The notes under the pieces: generated by a model | Told to the model about the DNA's origin: nothing | What the model saw: the letters and a program-made list of their open reading frames with translations, nothing else | Database searches by the model: none | Translations under genes and position numbers: made by a program | In this document: positions 48,586-59,256 of the stretch, piece after piece | How the letters are laid out: each line of letters opens with the position of its first letter | Position numbering within the stretch: position 1 is the first letter of the stretch | NCBI GenBank assembly: GCA_964608985.1 | Contig: CAZSQU010000005.1 | Location: 7,463-71,462 of the forward strand | Origin: an uncultured Spirochaetales bacterium | GTDB lineage: Bacteria; Spirochaetota; GWE2-31-10; CAYYKD01 | Reading direction: 5' to 3' | DNA: 64,000 bases

Positions 48586-49701
48586 TTAGAAAATTGTTAT
48601 TCTATTTCTTCCCTCAATTTTTGACTTATAGAGCGCATTATCGGCTTTCTTTAAAATCTCATCGATATAGAGCGAGTCTGCGTCCTGATGGATAAAAGTC
48701 AAACCAAGACTGATTGTTATTGACATGATATAATCTTCATAAACAAACTGTTCTTTTTCTATGTTTTTGCGTATTCTATCCATAACCAGAACAGCTTCGG
48801 GGATTCTCGTTTGAACAAGTAATACACCGAATTCTTCACCACCGTACCGTGCCGCAATATCAGACTCTCTAAGACAAGCTTTTATTATAGAAGCAACTGA
48901 CCTGATAACCTTATCTCCGGCTTTATGCCCGTATTTATTATTTACATCTCTAAAATTATCAATATCAATCAGCGCTACCGTACAACAATTTTTGTACCTT
49001 TTGATTCGTGATATCTCCTCAAACAGCCTTTTTACAAAGTAAGAATAGTTATACATACGAGTTTTTAAGTCCATAATAGCCCGTTTATAATGTATTATAT
49101 TTTGTAAAGCGATAGAAGTGTAACTTATAATGGTGTTAATAAAAGTTATATCATTTCCGTTATACTCACCGGATACAACTTTGTCACCGAGAATTATCAT
49201 CCCATAAAGCTCATTCTGCCCCATCATCGGAACAATAATCTTAGGCGATACAGGAATAAAAGGATTAATAAGGGCAGGGTCTTTAGCTATATACTTGAAA
49301 GCTTCAAATGTCATAGCTGTTTGTGTTATTTTAAAAATATCATTGTATCTTGCGATTGATTTTACTTCAATAATTGCATCTGCCGGCTTAAGATTTTTAT
49401 AAAAAATCGTACTTACCGTATTTGAATCAAGGTCCTCTTGTGAAACAAACCCAATAAATGAAGGGATGAACTTGTCCATAAGGATTTGTGATACCATTCT
49501 TGCAAGCGACTCAACAGAATCACAATTGATAATATCTATTGATTCTTGAACGATCTTTTTATAAAGCTTGACCTCATCATCAAGATTACTAATTCTTTTA
49601 AACAAACCGCTTTTTTCAAGCTGATCATAGTTATTAAAAATAAATTCATCTGCGAGGGCTGTTTCTTCCCCACCATCATCTATTTTCAAGTAAGCCACCA
49701 A
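48586..49701 (-). CDS. GAF-like plus GGDEF diguanylate cyclase
   Basis: IDIDNFRDVNNKYGHKAGD, I-site RESD, RYGGEEF. No TM segment. Confidence 0.92.
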   Translation of the reverse strand: MVAYLKIDDGGEETALADEFIFNNYDQLEKSGLFKRISNLDDEVKLYKKIVQESIDIINCDSVESLARMVSQILMDKFIPSFIGFVSQEDLDSNTVSTIFYKNLKPADAIIEVKSIARYNDIFKITQTAMTFEAFKYIAKDPALINPFIPVSPKIIVPMMGQNELYGMIILGDKVVSGEYNGNDITFINTIISYTSIALQNIIHYKRAIMDLKTRMYNYSYFVKRLFEEISRIKRYKNCCTVALIDIDNFRDVNNKYGHKAGDKVIRSVASIIKACLRESDIAARYGGEEFGVLLVQTRIPEAVLVMDRIRKNIEKEQFVYEDYIMSITISLGLTFIHQDADSLYIDEILKKADNALYKSKIEGRNRITIF

Positions 49702-49758
49702 TCCCTACGAAATAATTAAGAGGCAAACCAAGAATCACATACTAAAACAGAAAAATCA

Positions 49759-50145
49759 TTAGTCAATTATCAGACGGGTTACATTAAATTTATCAATCAT
49801 CTCCTGACTGGTTACTGTAAGACTTCTAATATATGGCCTGTTTTCAACATCTACAGGTATATATAATCTTAGTTTAAAGGGCTCTAAATTCTTTAGAATA
49901 ACATTCATCTGCGGTGCAATAGTATCATCCGCATTAACCCTCACAACAACACCCCTTGAGAAAAAGTGTGTAGGAAGATACAGCTCTTTTTCTGTAGAGC
50001 CAACTGAATAATGTATAATCCAGCCATACAAAGTAGTAGTAATCCTATTTATAGAATAATTTACCGAAGTAAATGTATCCTGTTGCTGTTGTCCGTATAA
50101 AGACATCCCCGTTAAAACCATAAATAATACTATTAATCTTTTCAT
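49759..50145 (-). CDS. Small exported hypothetical protein
   Basis: SPI signal MKRLIVLFMVLTGMSLYG and a GGAGG RBS. Confidence 0.65.
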   Translation of the reverse strand: MKRLIVLFMVLTGMSLYGQQQQDTFTSVNYSINRITTTLYGWIIHYSVGSTEKELYLPTHFFSRGVVVRVNADDTIAPQMNVILKNLEPFKLRLYIPVDVENRPYIRSLTVTSQEMIDKFNVTRLIID

Positions 50146-50346
50146 TATATCCTCCAAGTCAAACTGCTCTCTTTATTATTACAGAGTATAATATAATTAT
50201 AATCGTATAAAATCAATATAAAATACAAATTTTATCAAAATATTTTTTAAATCTTCTAAGTATATTAGATAAACTTATTGATTATATTTTAAATTATTGT
50301 AGAATACGATCAATCTTTGTTATTTATTTTAAATATGGAGTCTTTT

Positions 50347-52209
50347 ATGTTAAAAACAATTCGTTCAAAGATAATTATGTCATTTTTACTGATTCTAACA
50401 ACACTAATAATATCAAACGCTTTTTATATTTATCATATAATCAAGTTAAACCGCGAAAGCATTGATGAATTAGACCGCTCAATCAGAACAAGCTACGATA
50501 ATATGATCAAAAACAATGTGGCCGTTGCAGTAAGCATGCTCAATCGAATTCACAAACAGCATATCGATGGTGAGATATCGCTTGCCGAAGCAAAACTCAG
50601 AGGGACAACTCTATTAAGAGATCTGCGATTCGGCGAAAATAACGGCTTATATTTCTGGGCCGACACTTCTGACGGAACAAATGTTGTACTTTACGGCAAT
50701 GTAAATGTTGAAGGTAAAAACCGTTATAATCTTCAGGATGCAAAGGGACAATATCTCGTTCAAAACATCATCAAAAACGCAAAACTCCCCGGCGGTGGTT
50801 TTACTGACTACTGGTTCCCAAGACTCGGTCAGGACATTCCTTTACCAAAAAGAGGTTTTTCTTTGTATTTTGAACCATTTGATTGGGTTGTGGGTACAGG
50901 CGAATATATAGACTTTATTGATAATGATATTCTTGTCAAAACAAAAATCCTACAAAACAATTCGACTAAAACAATTATTACAGTAATCGGGATAAGCGTT
51001 ATTTTTCTTATTTTTTCATTGATTGTTGCATTTATCACAATGAGATCCTTCAATCGAAGGGTGTCAGCAATAACACATCTGTCTTGCGATCTTGCTTCGG
51101 GAGAAGGTGATCTTACAATCACTCTTGATGACTCTGATAGAGATGAACTCGGCATCATAGCCGCATATCTGAATACTGCTTTAAAAAAAATCCGCGAAAT
51201 GATTATTACTATTAAGGAAGAATCATCATCTCTCAGACAAGCATCTGAGATTTTTCAAGTAAATATAATTGAAACTTCATCATCAATGACTGAAATTTCG
51301 GCAAACATTAATAACTCCGGTAATCAAACCAAACAACAAAAAGAGATAGCAGAAAACACAATTATGATTTTCAATAACTATTCCGATAAATTATTGGATT
51401 TTAATTCTAATCTTAATAAACAGCTTGATGCAATAAAAAAAGTAACCAAATCAGTAGATATACTTACAAGAAGTATAACTAGTGAAAGAGAAACAGTACT
51501 TGGAAGCACCGATATTGTTGAATCAATGCAGAATGCATCGCAAGACGGTAAAAAGAGCATAACAAGTGTTTATGATCTTGTTATAAATATAACAAAAGAT
51601 TCTGAAGCACTTATTGATGCAGTTAAAGTTATTGAAGGAATAGCGTCTCAAACTAATCTTCTTGCGATGAACGCCTCTATTGAAGCGGCTCATGCCGGCG
51701 AATACGGGAAAGGGTTTTCGGTTGTTGCAGGAGAAATAAGAAAACTGTCGGAAAACACTAATAATGAAAGCCGTACAATAACATCAACTCTTCAAAATCT
51801 GAAGGATTCAATAAAACTTGTAAATGACTCCATGTCCAAAGCAGGCAAAGGTTTTGAGCAAATCTACAAACTCTCTTGCGATGTCTCCGATGTTTTTACC
51901 AAAATCAGCGATGGTGTTGAGGATCAATATAACAGCAGTCAAGAAACAGATGTTCTAATTAAAGATATTGAAAAAATGGCAGATAACATCTCAAACAACT
52001 CCATATCTATGTCTGCCATAAATCTAGAACTATCAGGCATGTTGACAACATTAAACAACACAACCAGCATGATTAACAACGCTATGGATGAGATATCAAT
52101 AGGAGCAACAGAGATTAATAATTCCTTAAATAACATTAATAATGAAACTGATAAAAACAATCAATCAATAAAATCACTATTTGAAACGGTAAAACTATTT
52201 AAAACATAG
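50347..52209 (+). CDS. Methyl-accepting chemotaxis protein (Cache sensor, HAMP)
   Basis: Two TM segments; YFWAD..GTN, DAKG.YLV, PKRGFSLYFEPFDWVVGTG; HAMP DELG; TNLLAMNASIEAAHAGEYGKGFSVVAGEIRKLSE. Confidence 0.95.
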   Translation: MLKTIRSKIIMSFLLILTTLIISNAFYIYHIIKLNRESIDELDRSIRTSYDNMIKNNVAVAVSMLNRIHKQHIDGEISLAEAKLRGTTLLRDLRFGENNGLYFWADTSDGTNVVLYGNVNVEGKNRYNLQDAKGQYLVQNIIKNAKLPGGGFTDYWFPRLGQDIPLPKRGFSLYFEPFDWVVGTGEYIDFIDNDILVKTKILQNNSTKTIITVIGISVIFLIFSLIVAFITMRSFNRRVSAITHLSCDLASGEGDLTITLDDSDRDELGIIAAYLNTALKKIREMIITIKEESSSLRQASEIFQVNIIETSSSMTEISANINNSGNQTKQQKEIAENTIMIFNNYSDKLLDFNSNLNKQLDAIKKVTKSVDILTRSITSERETVLGSTDIVESMQNASQDGKKSITSVYDLVINITKDSEALIDAVKVIEGIASQTNLLAMNASIEAAHAGEYGKGFSVVAGEIRKLSENTNNESRTITSTLQNLKDSIKLVNDSMSKAGKGFEQIYKLSCDVSDVFTKISDGVEDQYNSSQETDVLIKDIEKMADNISNNSISMSAINLELSGMLTTLNNTTSMINNAMDEISIGATEINNSLNNINNETDKNNQSIKSLFETVKLFKT

Positions 52210-52295
52210 TTTTGTTTTTTGATAGCATTTTTTTATTGCCAACTTAAAATATTAATGATAAATATATTTAAAAACATACACAAAAGGATAACAAA

Positions 52296-52985
52296 ATGAA
52301 GAAAGTCTATTTATTTATTGTTTATTTATTATTTTCCGGTATATTAATGTTTGGTCAGATTGTCGATTTTACACCGGAAGAACCGTTAAACAACTTTACA
52401 CAGAGATTTCTGTTTTTTGATATAAACGGCAACTCTCAAGGTTTTTTCACTCTCCAATCAACTGACACAACAACCGGCATCAATACTAAACACAAAAGAA
52501 GATTGACGGTAACCGACAATCTTTTTGAACCATATAACAACCTAATACCTCACGATCTGGTTTTGGATTATAAAATAGCTATGTCTAAGTATAATAATCC
52601 GCCTCGTACTGCCTTTGCAATTATTGCAGGAATTACTTATCCCGCTTTTTTTCTCTATTTTTCGGGAAGTATTGTAGCAGGAGTATTTTCTAATTTTGTT
52701 TATTCGGGTTATTTTGGTTCAACACTTAGTCTCGGATCAGCAATAGCTTACTTTATACCGGCCTTAACTGCTACAATGATGTTAATCTCACTAAGTATAG
52801 CCCTTGGGATATTTGCAATAATTAATCTTGTGACGGCAATTATCTGCACATATATGTATAACACTATTCAAACGGTTTATGAGATTAAACTATTAAGAAT
52901 TAAACAAGAGATTATTAATCGTGCAAATTCCCGTATTAATAGCAGTATAGGATTTCAAACCAATATTTTTGGGATAAGACTTTAG
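52296..52985 (+). CDS. Hypothetical membrane protein
   Basis: Signal peptide plus 2-3 long hydrophobic segments and an AAGGA RBS. No family recognised. Confidence 0.65.
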   Translation: MKKVYLFIVYLLFSGILMFGQIVDFTPEEPLNNFTQRFLFFDINGNSQGFFTLQSTDTTTGINTKHKRRLTVTDNLFEPYNNLIPHDLVLDYKIAMSKYNNPPRTAFAIIAGITYPAFFLYFSGSIVAGVFSNFVYSGYFGSTLSLGSAIAYFIPALTATMMLISLSIALGIFAIINLVTAIICTYMYNTIQTVYEIKLLRIKQEIINRANSRINSSIGFQTNIFGIRL

Positions 52986-53082
52986 AACGAAATTATATTA
53001 TAAAATTAACATATTATCAATTGATTAAATTATAATAAAGTTGTAGTATCCTCAATAATTCATAACATTTAAGGAGTATCTG

Positions 53083-54393
53083 ATGAATCCTATAGCTCAA
53101 GAATTAAATGACAAAATTCAGTCAAATTCACCTGTATTTTACAGCTTCCTAACACCATTCGGCAAAGAAATTCACATGCCTAAAGGAATTTTGAAACAAG
53201 GTGCCGAAGCTAATGCCAAAGCAAATAAATTTAACGCAACAATCGGTATTGCTAAAGAAGGAAAAGGACCAATGTTTCTTCCTTCTATTAAGAAATATTT
53301 TTCTGATGATCTTGACCCGAATAAAATTTTTAATTACGCCCCACCTACCGGAATTCCGGGACTTAGAGAAGTTTGGCGTGATAAAATGCTGGTTGATAAT
53401 CCATCAATAAAAGGTAAAACCTCGATATCTATGCCGGTTGTAACAAGCGGCTTGACACACGGTATTGCTATTGTAGGGGATCTTTTTGCAGGAAAAGATG
53501 ATGATATTATAATACCCGATATGCTTTGGGACAACTACCCGTTAATCCTTGAAACAAGAAACGGATCTAAGATCAGAACATTTCAAACATTTAACGATGA
53601 CTTAAAAGGATTTAATGTAAAGGGACTTGATCAAGTAATAACCGCTTCCAAAAAAGATAAGGTTATGGTACTCTTGAACTTCCCTAACAACCCGTCCGGC
53701 TACACACCGACACTCAAAGAAACAGATGAAATCGTTTCTGTATTAAAAAAACACGCTGAAACAAAAAAAATCATACTTGTTAGTGACGATTCATATTTTG
53801 GTTTGTTATTTGATGACAATGGATTACCTGAAACGATTTTCGCAAGAGTAGCAGGAATACACAAAAACATAGCGGCAATAAAACTTGACGGCTTTACTAA
53901 AGAATTCTATGCATGGGGATTCAGAGTTGGTTTTATCACTTTTGCTGATTATAATATGAATGCGGACAGCTATCTTGCCCTTGAAACCAAAGTTGCAGGT
54001 TGTATCAGAAGTGTGCTTTCCAACTGTTCACTTCCCGGACAATCAATACTTGCAGAAGCACTTAAAGGTGAGGACTACAAAGCTGAAAAAGTTCAAAAAT
54101 TTAATATAATGAAAGAAAGAGCAATGAAATGCCGTGAGGTAGTTTATAACTCAAAATACTCATCCAGCTGGGATGTTTATCCGTTTAATTCGGGATATTT
54201 TATGTGTGTACGCCTTAAAAATAAAGTGAATTCCGATAAATTCAGAGTCTTTTTACTCGAGAATTACGGTGTAGGAACAATTGCACTCGGCGAATCTGAC
54301 CTTAGAGTTGCCTTCAGTTGTCTTGATGTTTCACAAGTTCAAGAAATATTTGATATTATACACAATGCCTTTCAGGAATTTATTAAAAAGTAA
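53083..54393 (+). CDS. PLP-dependent aminotransferase class I/II
   Basis: NATIG, NFPNNPSGYTP, DDSYFG, KLDGFTKE..WGFRVGF (PLP lysine). Confidence 0.9.
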   Translation: MNPIAQELNDKIQSNSPVFYSFLTPFGKEIHMPKGILKQGAEANAKANKFNATIGIAKEGKGPMFLPSIKKYFSDDLDPNKIFNYAPPTGIPGLREVWRDKMLVDNPSIKGKTSISMPVVTSGLTHGIAIVGDLFAGKDDDIIIPDMLWDNYPLILETRNGSKIRTFQTFNDDLKGFNVKGLDQVITASKKDKVMVLLNFPNNPSGYTPTLKETDEIVSVLKKHAETKKIILVSDDSYFGLLFDDNGLPETIFARVAGIHKNIAAIKLDGFTKEFYAWGFRVGFITFADYNMNADSYLALETKVAGCIRSVLSNCSLPGQSILAEALKGEDYKAEKVQKFNIMKERAMKCREVVYNSKYSSSWDVYPFNSGYFMCVRLKNKVNSDKFRVFLLENYGVGTIALGESDLRVAFSCLDVSQVQEIFDIIHNAFQEFIKK

Positions 54394-54408
54394 TAATCTT
54401 CCAATTAT

Positions 54409-54435
54409 AAAGCGGGTTTTTATCAAACCCGCTTT
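54409..54435. terminator. Bidirectional intrinsic terminator
   Basis: AAAGCGGGTTT-TTATC-AAACCCGCTTT between convergent genes. Confidence 0.85.
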
Positions 54436-54450
54436 TATTATAAAACCGCA

Positions 54451-55644
54451 TTATTCTTCGAGGATGAAGATATCAACTCGCCGATTCCTCGCGCGCCCCT
54501 CTTCAGTATTGTTGTCGGCTATCGGCTCTCTTCCCCCGACTCCGGTGTATGAGCTGCGGTCTGTATTTATTGCATTAAGACCTGAAAGATAATCAAGAAC
54601 AGCTTTAGCCCTGTCAAATGAAAGTGCAGTTCTACCCAGTTCGGTTCCGAGATCCGTTGTGTGTCCGACTATCATAACACCGCGATCCATATATCTCTTT
54701 AGAATTTCCGCGATCATTTCGAGACGCTCTTTTTCGGTATCCCTCAGAAATGATGAATCTGCTTCAAACAATATATTCTCAAGTGTTATTCTGACACCTC
54801 TCTCATCAATATTAACCGTGGTATCTTCTATACCATTATTTGTAAGATCTTCCTGAATATCGGTAATCATATCTTCTTTGTTCATCAGTTCAATCTCATT
54901 CCATAATCTCGTTCCACCGTCTTTAAATTCATGTTTATTGCCATCTACGGTTATAATATAGTGTCTTTGGTAATTCTCCTGTATCCGAGTTCCTTTAGCA
55001 ATATCAAAAAAACAAGCTGTATATGACACTCCTATTATTGACTGAATTCTGCGATCAATATTAAATCTACCGTCATTTACAATGTTAATCTCAAATTGGT
55101 AGTCTATCTGAGCTACTTCTATACCCTCATGTTCAAATACTCGAACCAATTTATGGGTAACTGTAATCGGATAAACCGAAGGGTTTTTTTCATTAAAAAA
55201 GTCCTGCACCTCAAACCCGTTAGCAGTCCATGAATCTCCAACATTGACCGGATTTGAAGGTAGAAATGGAATATTCCGTAGTGTAGGCAATAGCATATTG
55301 TTTCGTATGACCAAAACACCATTATTGTCTTTTTTATAATCTATTGAATAGTTATCAACTATTCTACGGACATCATTTTGATAGATTGAATTTGTACTGT
55401 AAATATAATTAGTATCTTGAATATTACAGAAATTACCGCTTAAAGCACCATAATTTCTTACCGTTCTATACTCTTGAGTATAATCGGTCTGATAAACAGA
55501 GTTAACAAATATCTGCCCCTCAATATCACATTCTATGCTTTGCCTTGAGTCAGGTGTATATTTAAATTGAAGTAGTGTTTGAGAATATAAAAGATTAGAA
55601 AAAGAAAATGCAACTAATATAATAAAAGCTCTAATATAATCCAT
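54451..55644 (-). CDS. OmpA/MotB C-terminal domain protein (peptidoglycan-binding)
   Basis: Signal peptide; ILFEADSS.L, IVGHT, LSFDRAKAV..YL, PIADN.TEEGRARNRRVDI. Confidence 0.9.
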   Translation of the reverse strand: MDYIRAFIILVAFSFSNLLYSQTLLQFKYTPDSRQSIECDIEGQIFVNSVYQTDYTQEYRTVRNYGALSGNFCNIQDTNYIYSTNSIYQNDVRRIVDNYSIDYKKDNNGVLVIRNNMLLPTLRNIPFLPSNPVNVGDSWTANGFEVQDFFNEKNPSVYPITVTHKLVRVFEHEGIEVAQIDYQFEINIVNDGRFNIDRRIQSIIGVSYTACFFDIAKGTRIQENYQRHYIITVDGNKHEFKDGGTRLWNEIELMNKEDMITDIQEDLTNNGIEDTTVNIDERGVRITLENILFEADSSFLRDTEKERLEMIAEILKRYMDRGVMIVGHTTDLGTELGRTALSFDRAKAVLDYLSGLNAINTDRSSYTGVGGREPIADNNTEEGRARNRRVDIFILEE

Positions 55645-55684
55645 ATTAAAGCTTCGGAATAATTCAAAAATACTTTAGTGATTA

Positions 55685-55954
55685 TTAATCAAAATCGTAA
55701 CTTTTTTCTACCATCATTTTAACGCCGGCAATAGCTTCATTCTCATCCGGTCCATCAGCAGTGATCTCAACCTCAGTTCCCTTGAACAATTCAAGAATTA
55801 TCAACTGAAGAACATCTCTTGCATTAGCTTTTGCTGTTCCGTTATTGATAGTAACAGACGACTTGTACTTTCCTGCCTCTTTTGCAATCTCTGCAGAAGG
55901 TCTTGCGTGAATACCTCTAACATTGTTTATAATTGCTTTCTGTGTAATACTCAT
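55685..55954 (-). CDS. ptsH: HPr family phosphocarrier protein with Asp at the Ser46 position
   Basis: GIHARPSA (His15 motif) and ADGPDENEAI. The Ser46 motif reads NARDVL. Confidence 0.9.
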   Translation of the reverse strand: MSITQKAIINNVRGIHARPSAEIAKEAGKYKSSVTINNGTAKANARDVLQLIILELFKGTEVEITADGPDENEAIAGVKMMVEKSYDFD

Positions 55955-56070
55955 GGTTCCTCATATTAAGATTAATACCTTACAATACACAATATTAATA
56001 ACAAAATAACTAATTTTTATCAATATATTAAATCTAATTTTATATTTTTTAATTAATTATTATCTATCTA

Positions 56071-56099
56071 TTGACGAAATTAAATATTAGTGTTATATT
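56071..56099 (+). promoter_or_regulatory. Putative sigma70 promoter with no downstream ORF
   Basis: TTGACG-17 bp-TATATT with TG at the extended -10 position. Confidence 0.4.
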
Positions 56100-56140
56100 T
56101 ACTATCGTAGTAGTAATAAGTAAAAACGCAATTTTTAATT

Positions 56141-56174
56141 AAAAATAGGGATCTGACCAATCCCTATTTTTTTT
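56141..56174. terminator. Intrinsic terminator overlapping the DUF748 stop codon
   Basis: AAAAATAGGGA-TCTGACCAA-TCCCTATTTTT, with T tracts on both strands. Confidence 0.75.
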
Positions 56175-59100
56175 CTGCCGGCGTGACAATACAAAGATTA
56201 TGTGAAATGTTACTAAGGTTAATGTTTCTATATATATCATGATCTGTTCTTATAATAATTCTATTTTCATTTATGCTAAAAAACTCAATAATTATCTCTT
56301 TAATAAAAGCAGATCGCCTGTTTACAAATGATGCTACATCAGAATGGTCCGGCGTTATATTGTTAACAATCCTCAATCTTAATTGATTGTTATCTAATTG
56401 ACTGTAATCAAAATCCAAATTAAGGTGCCTGTATATATCGAGTAATCTGCTCCGCTCATCTGTCACTGCAACAGAATATCGGCCATATAACTCATTAAAT
56501 ACCGAGTCTTTAAGGCCGGCCATATCGATTGCCTGATCAAAATATGACTCTATTATAATCAAGGAATCCTGAGAATCAAATTCAGAAAGCACCCTCGATG
56601 AAAATATCCCGTCTGTATTTAGTAATTTATCTGAACCGGCAGGAAAAATAATCATATCATAAAAGTTTTTCTTGGTATATCCGGCATTACCCGCACTAAC
56701 CCCTGTTGTATTACTCAAAGCATTCACAAAAAGATCAAAAAACGATTTCTTATAGTCAACAGACACGCCGCCGTTAGTGCCGTTAACATCGATATCCAAC
56801 CTTATAAACCCCCTTGGGTCCCGAACATTTCGTAATAATTGATCAAGATTAATGTTCCCCGTAACCCTGACTGCTGATAAATCTTTTAGAGTTATCGCCG
56901 AGTTTACACTAAATCCGCCGTTTGAAATATCGGCAACACTTGAAATATCACAGCTACCGCCTGTAATCCTATTGCCTGTATATTTCTGAATATATCTGTT
57001 CAATTCAACGGCAATAAGATCCTTTATTTGAATATCGATTTTACTATTGCCGGGTCTTATATTACCTGACAAATTGACCGTTGAAACCCCCTCAAATACA
57101 CCATTGAGACTGATGGTGCCGTTACTGTTAACCTCTGACGGTAAATTCCTAATGTTTCCGCTGATGCGCTCAATAGTGTAAACTGCTTGAGGTACCATAG
57201 ACCGGTCTGTAATATTTATAATACCATCCGAAAAAACCACTTCGTTAACAGTTATCTTGTTGTCAATCGAGGGCAAACGGGCCTCGTTATTAAACGGCTC
57301 AAGGAAACCGCAAACAACAAATCGATTATCACTTTTGATAGAACTGTTTAATAAGGGGGTTGTAACAGTCAAATTATCAATAAAAACATCAACCGGAAAC
57401 ATATTAAGTCTTTTAACAGAAGCACTTATACCTTCTGACCGAAATACCATTTCATCATTAACCCGTAAAATCGGCTGATAGAGAGAAATATCAGTGATAA
57501 GGTTTAATTTGAGCCCGTTCATTAATGATATGCTCCCCTTTATATCTGCTTCTATAGAATTACATGTAAAATTAAATACATTTCCTCCAGTTACATTTTT
57601 TGAGCTTACATCAGTAATCACAAGCATCTGGTCTATAATGATCTCTTTCTTGATATCACTAAAGATAAACCCGAAACTATAACCATTCTGAGAAATAGGG
57701 AGTTCAAAACTTAAACCTTCGGCTGCATTATCGCCTGTACGGAAACTATCAATCATCATAGATCCGATATTGATACCGTTATTTTCAAGTGATCTTATAT
57801 CCGCTTCGATTGTCTTTATTATTGCCGGACTACTTGAGGTTTTAAACTCCAAATCATTACATCGTAATCTACCCCCAAACAGATATTCATCATCTGTTAT
57901 CGTCAGAGCACCGTCAGTCAAAGAAATGACTCCTCTGTTTATCACAGGAAAACGATCTTGTAACATAATAAATCCATCAGTATTACATCTGTCAATATTT
58001 AGACTCTTTAACTCAAGATATTTTCTGTTTTTATCATAAACCCCTTCTAACACTAACCTGTCTATATTATCAGAGCGGCAGTCAATACTGAATTTGAGCT
58101 CGCTACTATCAGGAAAGTTGAAACCTGACACGCTTGAATCCTTGATTACTATTATAGTGCTATATCCGCTAATACTATCTTTGAAGTTAAGCCATAGGTT
58201 GTTTATTGAAATGTCACTAACTCCATATCCATAGCCTGTATAAAGATTTTGCTGAGTTGCCTCTTGATATTCATAAAACAAAGTGCCGCTATTAATTATA
58301 ATATTGCCGATATTGATATCCCGCTCTTTAATATTAACAGATAAATTATCAACCCTTGCATTGAGTTCTCTTGCAAGCACACTATTCTTATTCCCGTCAA
58401 ATATACCGAGATTGGATAGCCGCAAATCACCGCTAATAATCCAGTTTGAATAATTCTTGCGTGTCTTATAGTTTATTGATAAATTACCTGATACTGTACC
58501 GGCTGTGATTCTATATCTGAAATTAAGATTAAAAAGTCTATATATATCGAGTAACCTGAATCTGCTTAGATCTACAAGGAAATTAATAGAAAAACCATCA
58601 TCATCTGCTGTTGTTCTCCCGTCTATCTCAAATGAATTTCCAAGTAATGACCCGGATATCTTTGGAGCAACTTCAAGATTGCCGCTATAAACCCCGGGGA
58701 TAGTTAGAGATAGATTATCTATAATATCGAGACCTTTATCGGAAAAAACCCTTCCGCCCGTGAGATTAATGTCTTCTACGAAAAAATTCTTTATTAAAGA
58801 ATTAAAACTTCCCGATGATACTTGAGTTTTAAAAAACTCCGGCAGTACAAAACTACCCGTCTCTGTTTCAGTAACCCTCAATGAAGGATTGGTACAACTG
58901 AACGACAAAACCCTTAACTCTCTTTTTTGAATAAGCGCAAGTATGTCAAATGAGCCATCTATACTATCAGCTGTCAGAAAAACATCGTCTTCTTTCAAAC
59001 CGAATCGGAGGTCTTTTACGGTGATGCGGGCTTTTATAAGATCAATTTTTAATTCACTATAATAAATATATCTGTCAAACCTGTCGGCAAGTATTGAAGG

Positions 59101-59205
59101 CAGATGTTTATATATATAATAAGTGCCGATTGTCAGAACTAAAGCTGTTAAAGCAATAAAAGAGATCAAAGAAATAATTATTTTTCTAATAAATGGTTTC
59201 TTCAT
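56164..59205 (-). CDS. DUF748/AsmA-like envelope-spanning protein
   Basis: Single N-terminal TM, repeated beta-taco-like segments, L.RY..KYTG..I..G, DIDVNGT, and a C-terminal IIFPAGSD OmpA-like remnant. Confidence 0.7.
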   Translation of the reverse strand: MKKPFIRKIIISLISFIALTALVLTIGTYYIYKHLPSILADRFDRYIYYSELKIDLIKARITVKDLRFGLKEDDVFLTADSIDGSFDILALIQKRELRVLSFSCTNPSLRVTETETGSFVLPEFFKTQVSSGSFNSLIKNFFVEDINLTGGRVFSDKGLDIIDNLSLTIPGVYSGNLEVAPKISGSLLGNSFEIDGRTTADDDGFSINFLVDLSRFRLLDIYRLFNLNFRYRITAGTVSGNLSINYKTRKNYSNWIISGDLRLSNLGIFDGNKNSVLARELNARVDNLSVNIKERDINIGNIIINSGTLFYEYQEATQQNLYTGYGYGVSDISINNLWLNFKDSISGYSTIIVIKDSSVSGFNFPDSSELKFSIDCRSDNIDRLVLEGVYDKNRKYLELKSLNIDRCNTDGFIMLQDRFPVINRGVISLTDGALTITDDEYLFGGRLRCNDLEFKTSSSPAIIKTIEADIRSLENNGINIGSMMIDSFRTGDNAAEGLSFELPISQNGYSFGFIFSDIKKEIIIDQMLVITDVSSKNVTGGNVFNFTCNSIEADIKGSISLMNGLKLNLITDISLYQPILRVNDEMVFRSEGISASVKRLNMFPVDVFIDNLTVTTPLLNSSIKSDNRFVVCGFLEPFNNEARLPSIDNKITVNEVVFSDGIINITDRSMVPQAVYTIERISGNIRNLPSEVNSNGTISLNGVFEGVSTVNLSGNIRPGNSKIDIQIKDLIAVELNRYIQKYTGNRITGGSCDISSVADISNGGFSVNSAITLKDLSAVRVTGNINLDQLLRNVRDPRGFIRLDIDVNGTNGGVSVDYKKSFFDLFVNALSNTTGVSAGNAGYTKKNFYDMIIFPAGSDKLLNTDGIFSSRVLSEFDSQDSLIIIESYFDQAIDMAGLKDSVFNELYGRYSVAVTDERSRLLDIYRHLNLDFDYSQLDNNQLRLRIVNNITPDHSDVASFVNRRSAFIKEIIIEFFSINENRIIIRTDHDIYRNINLSNISHNLCIVTPAEKK

Positions 59206-59240
59206 TATTAATCCAATTAAAAATTATTCAAAAATATTGA

Positions 59241-59256
59241 TTTTTGTAAGAGCCTC
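59241..59256. mobile_element. Solo terminal repeat of the 181-bp MITE family
   Basis: TTTTTGtAAGAGCCTC matches the terminal repeat at 26707-26722 at 15/16 and abuts the HD-GYP stop codon. Confidence 0.5.
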
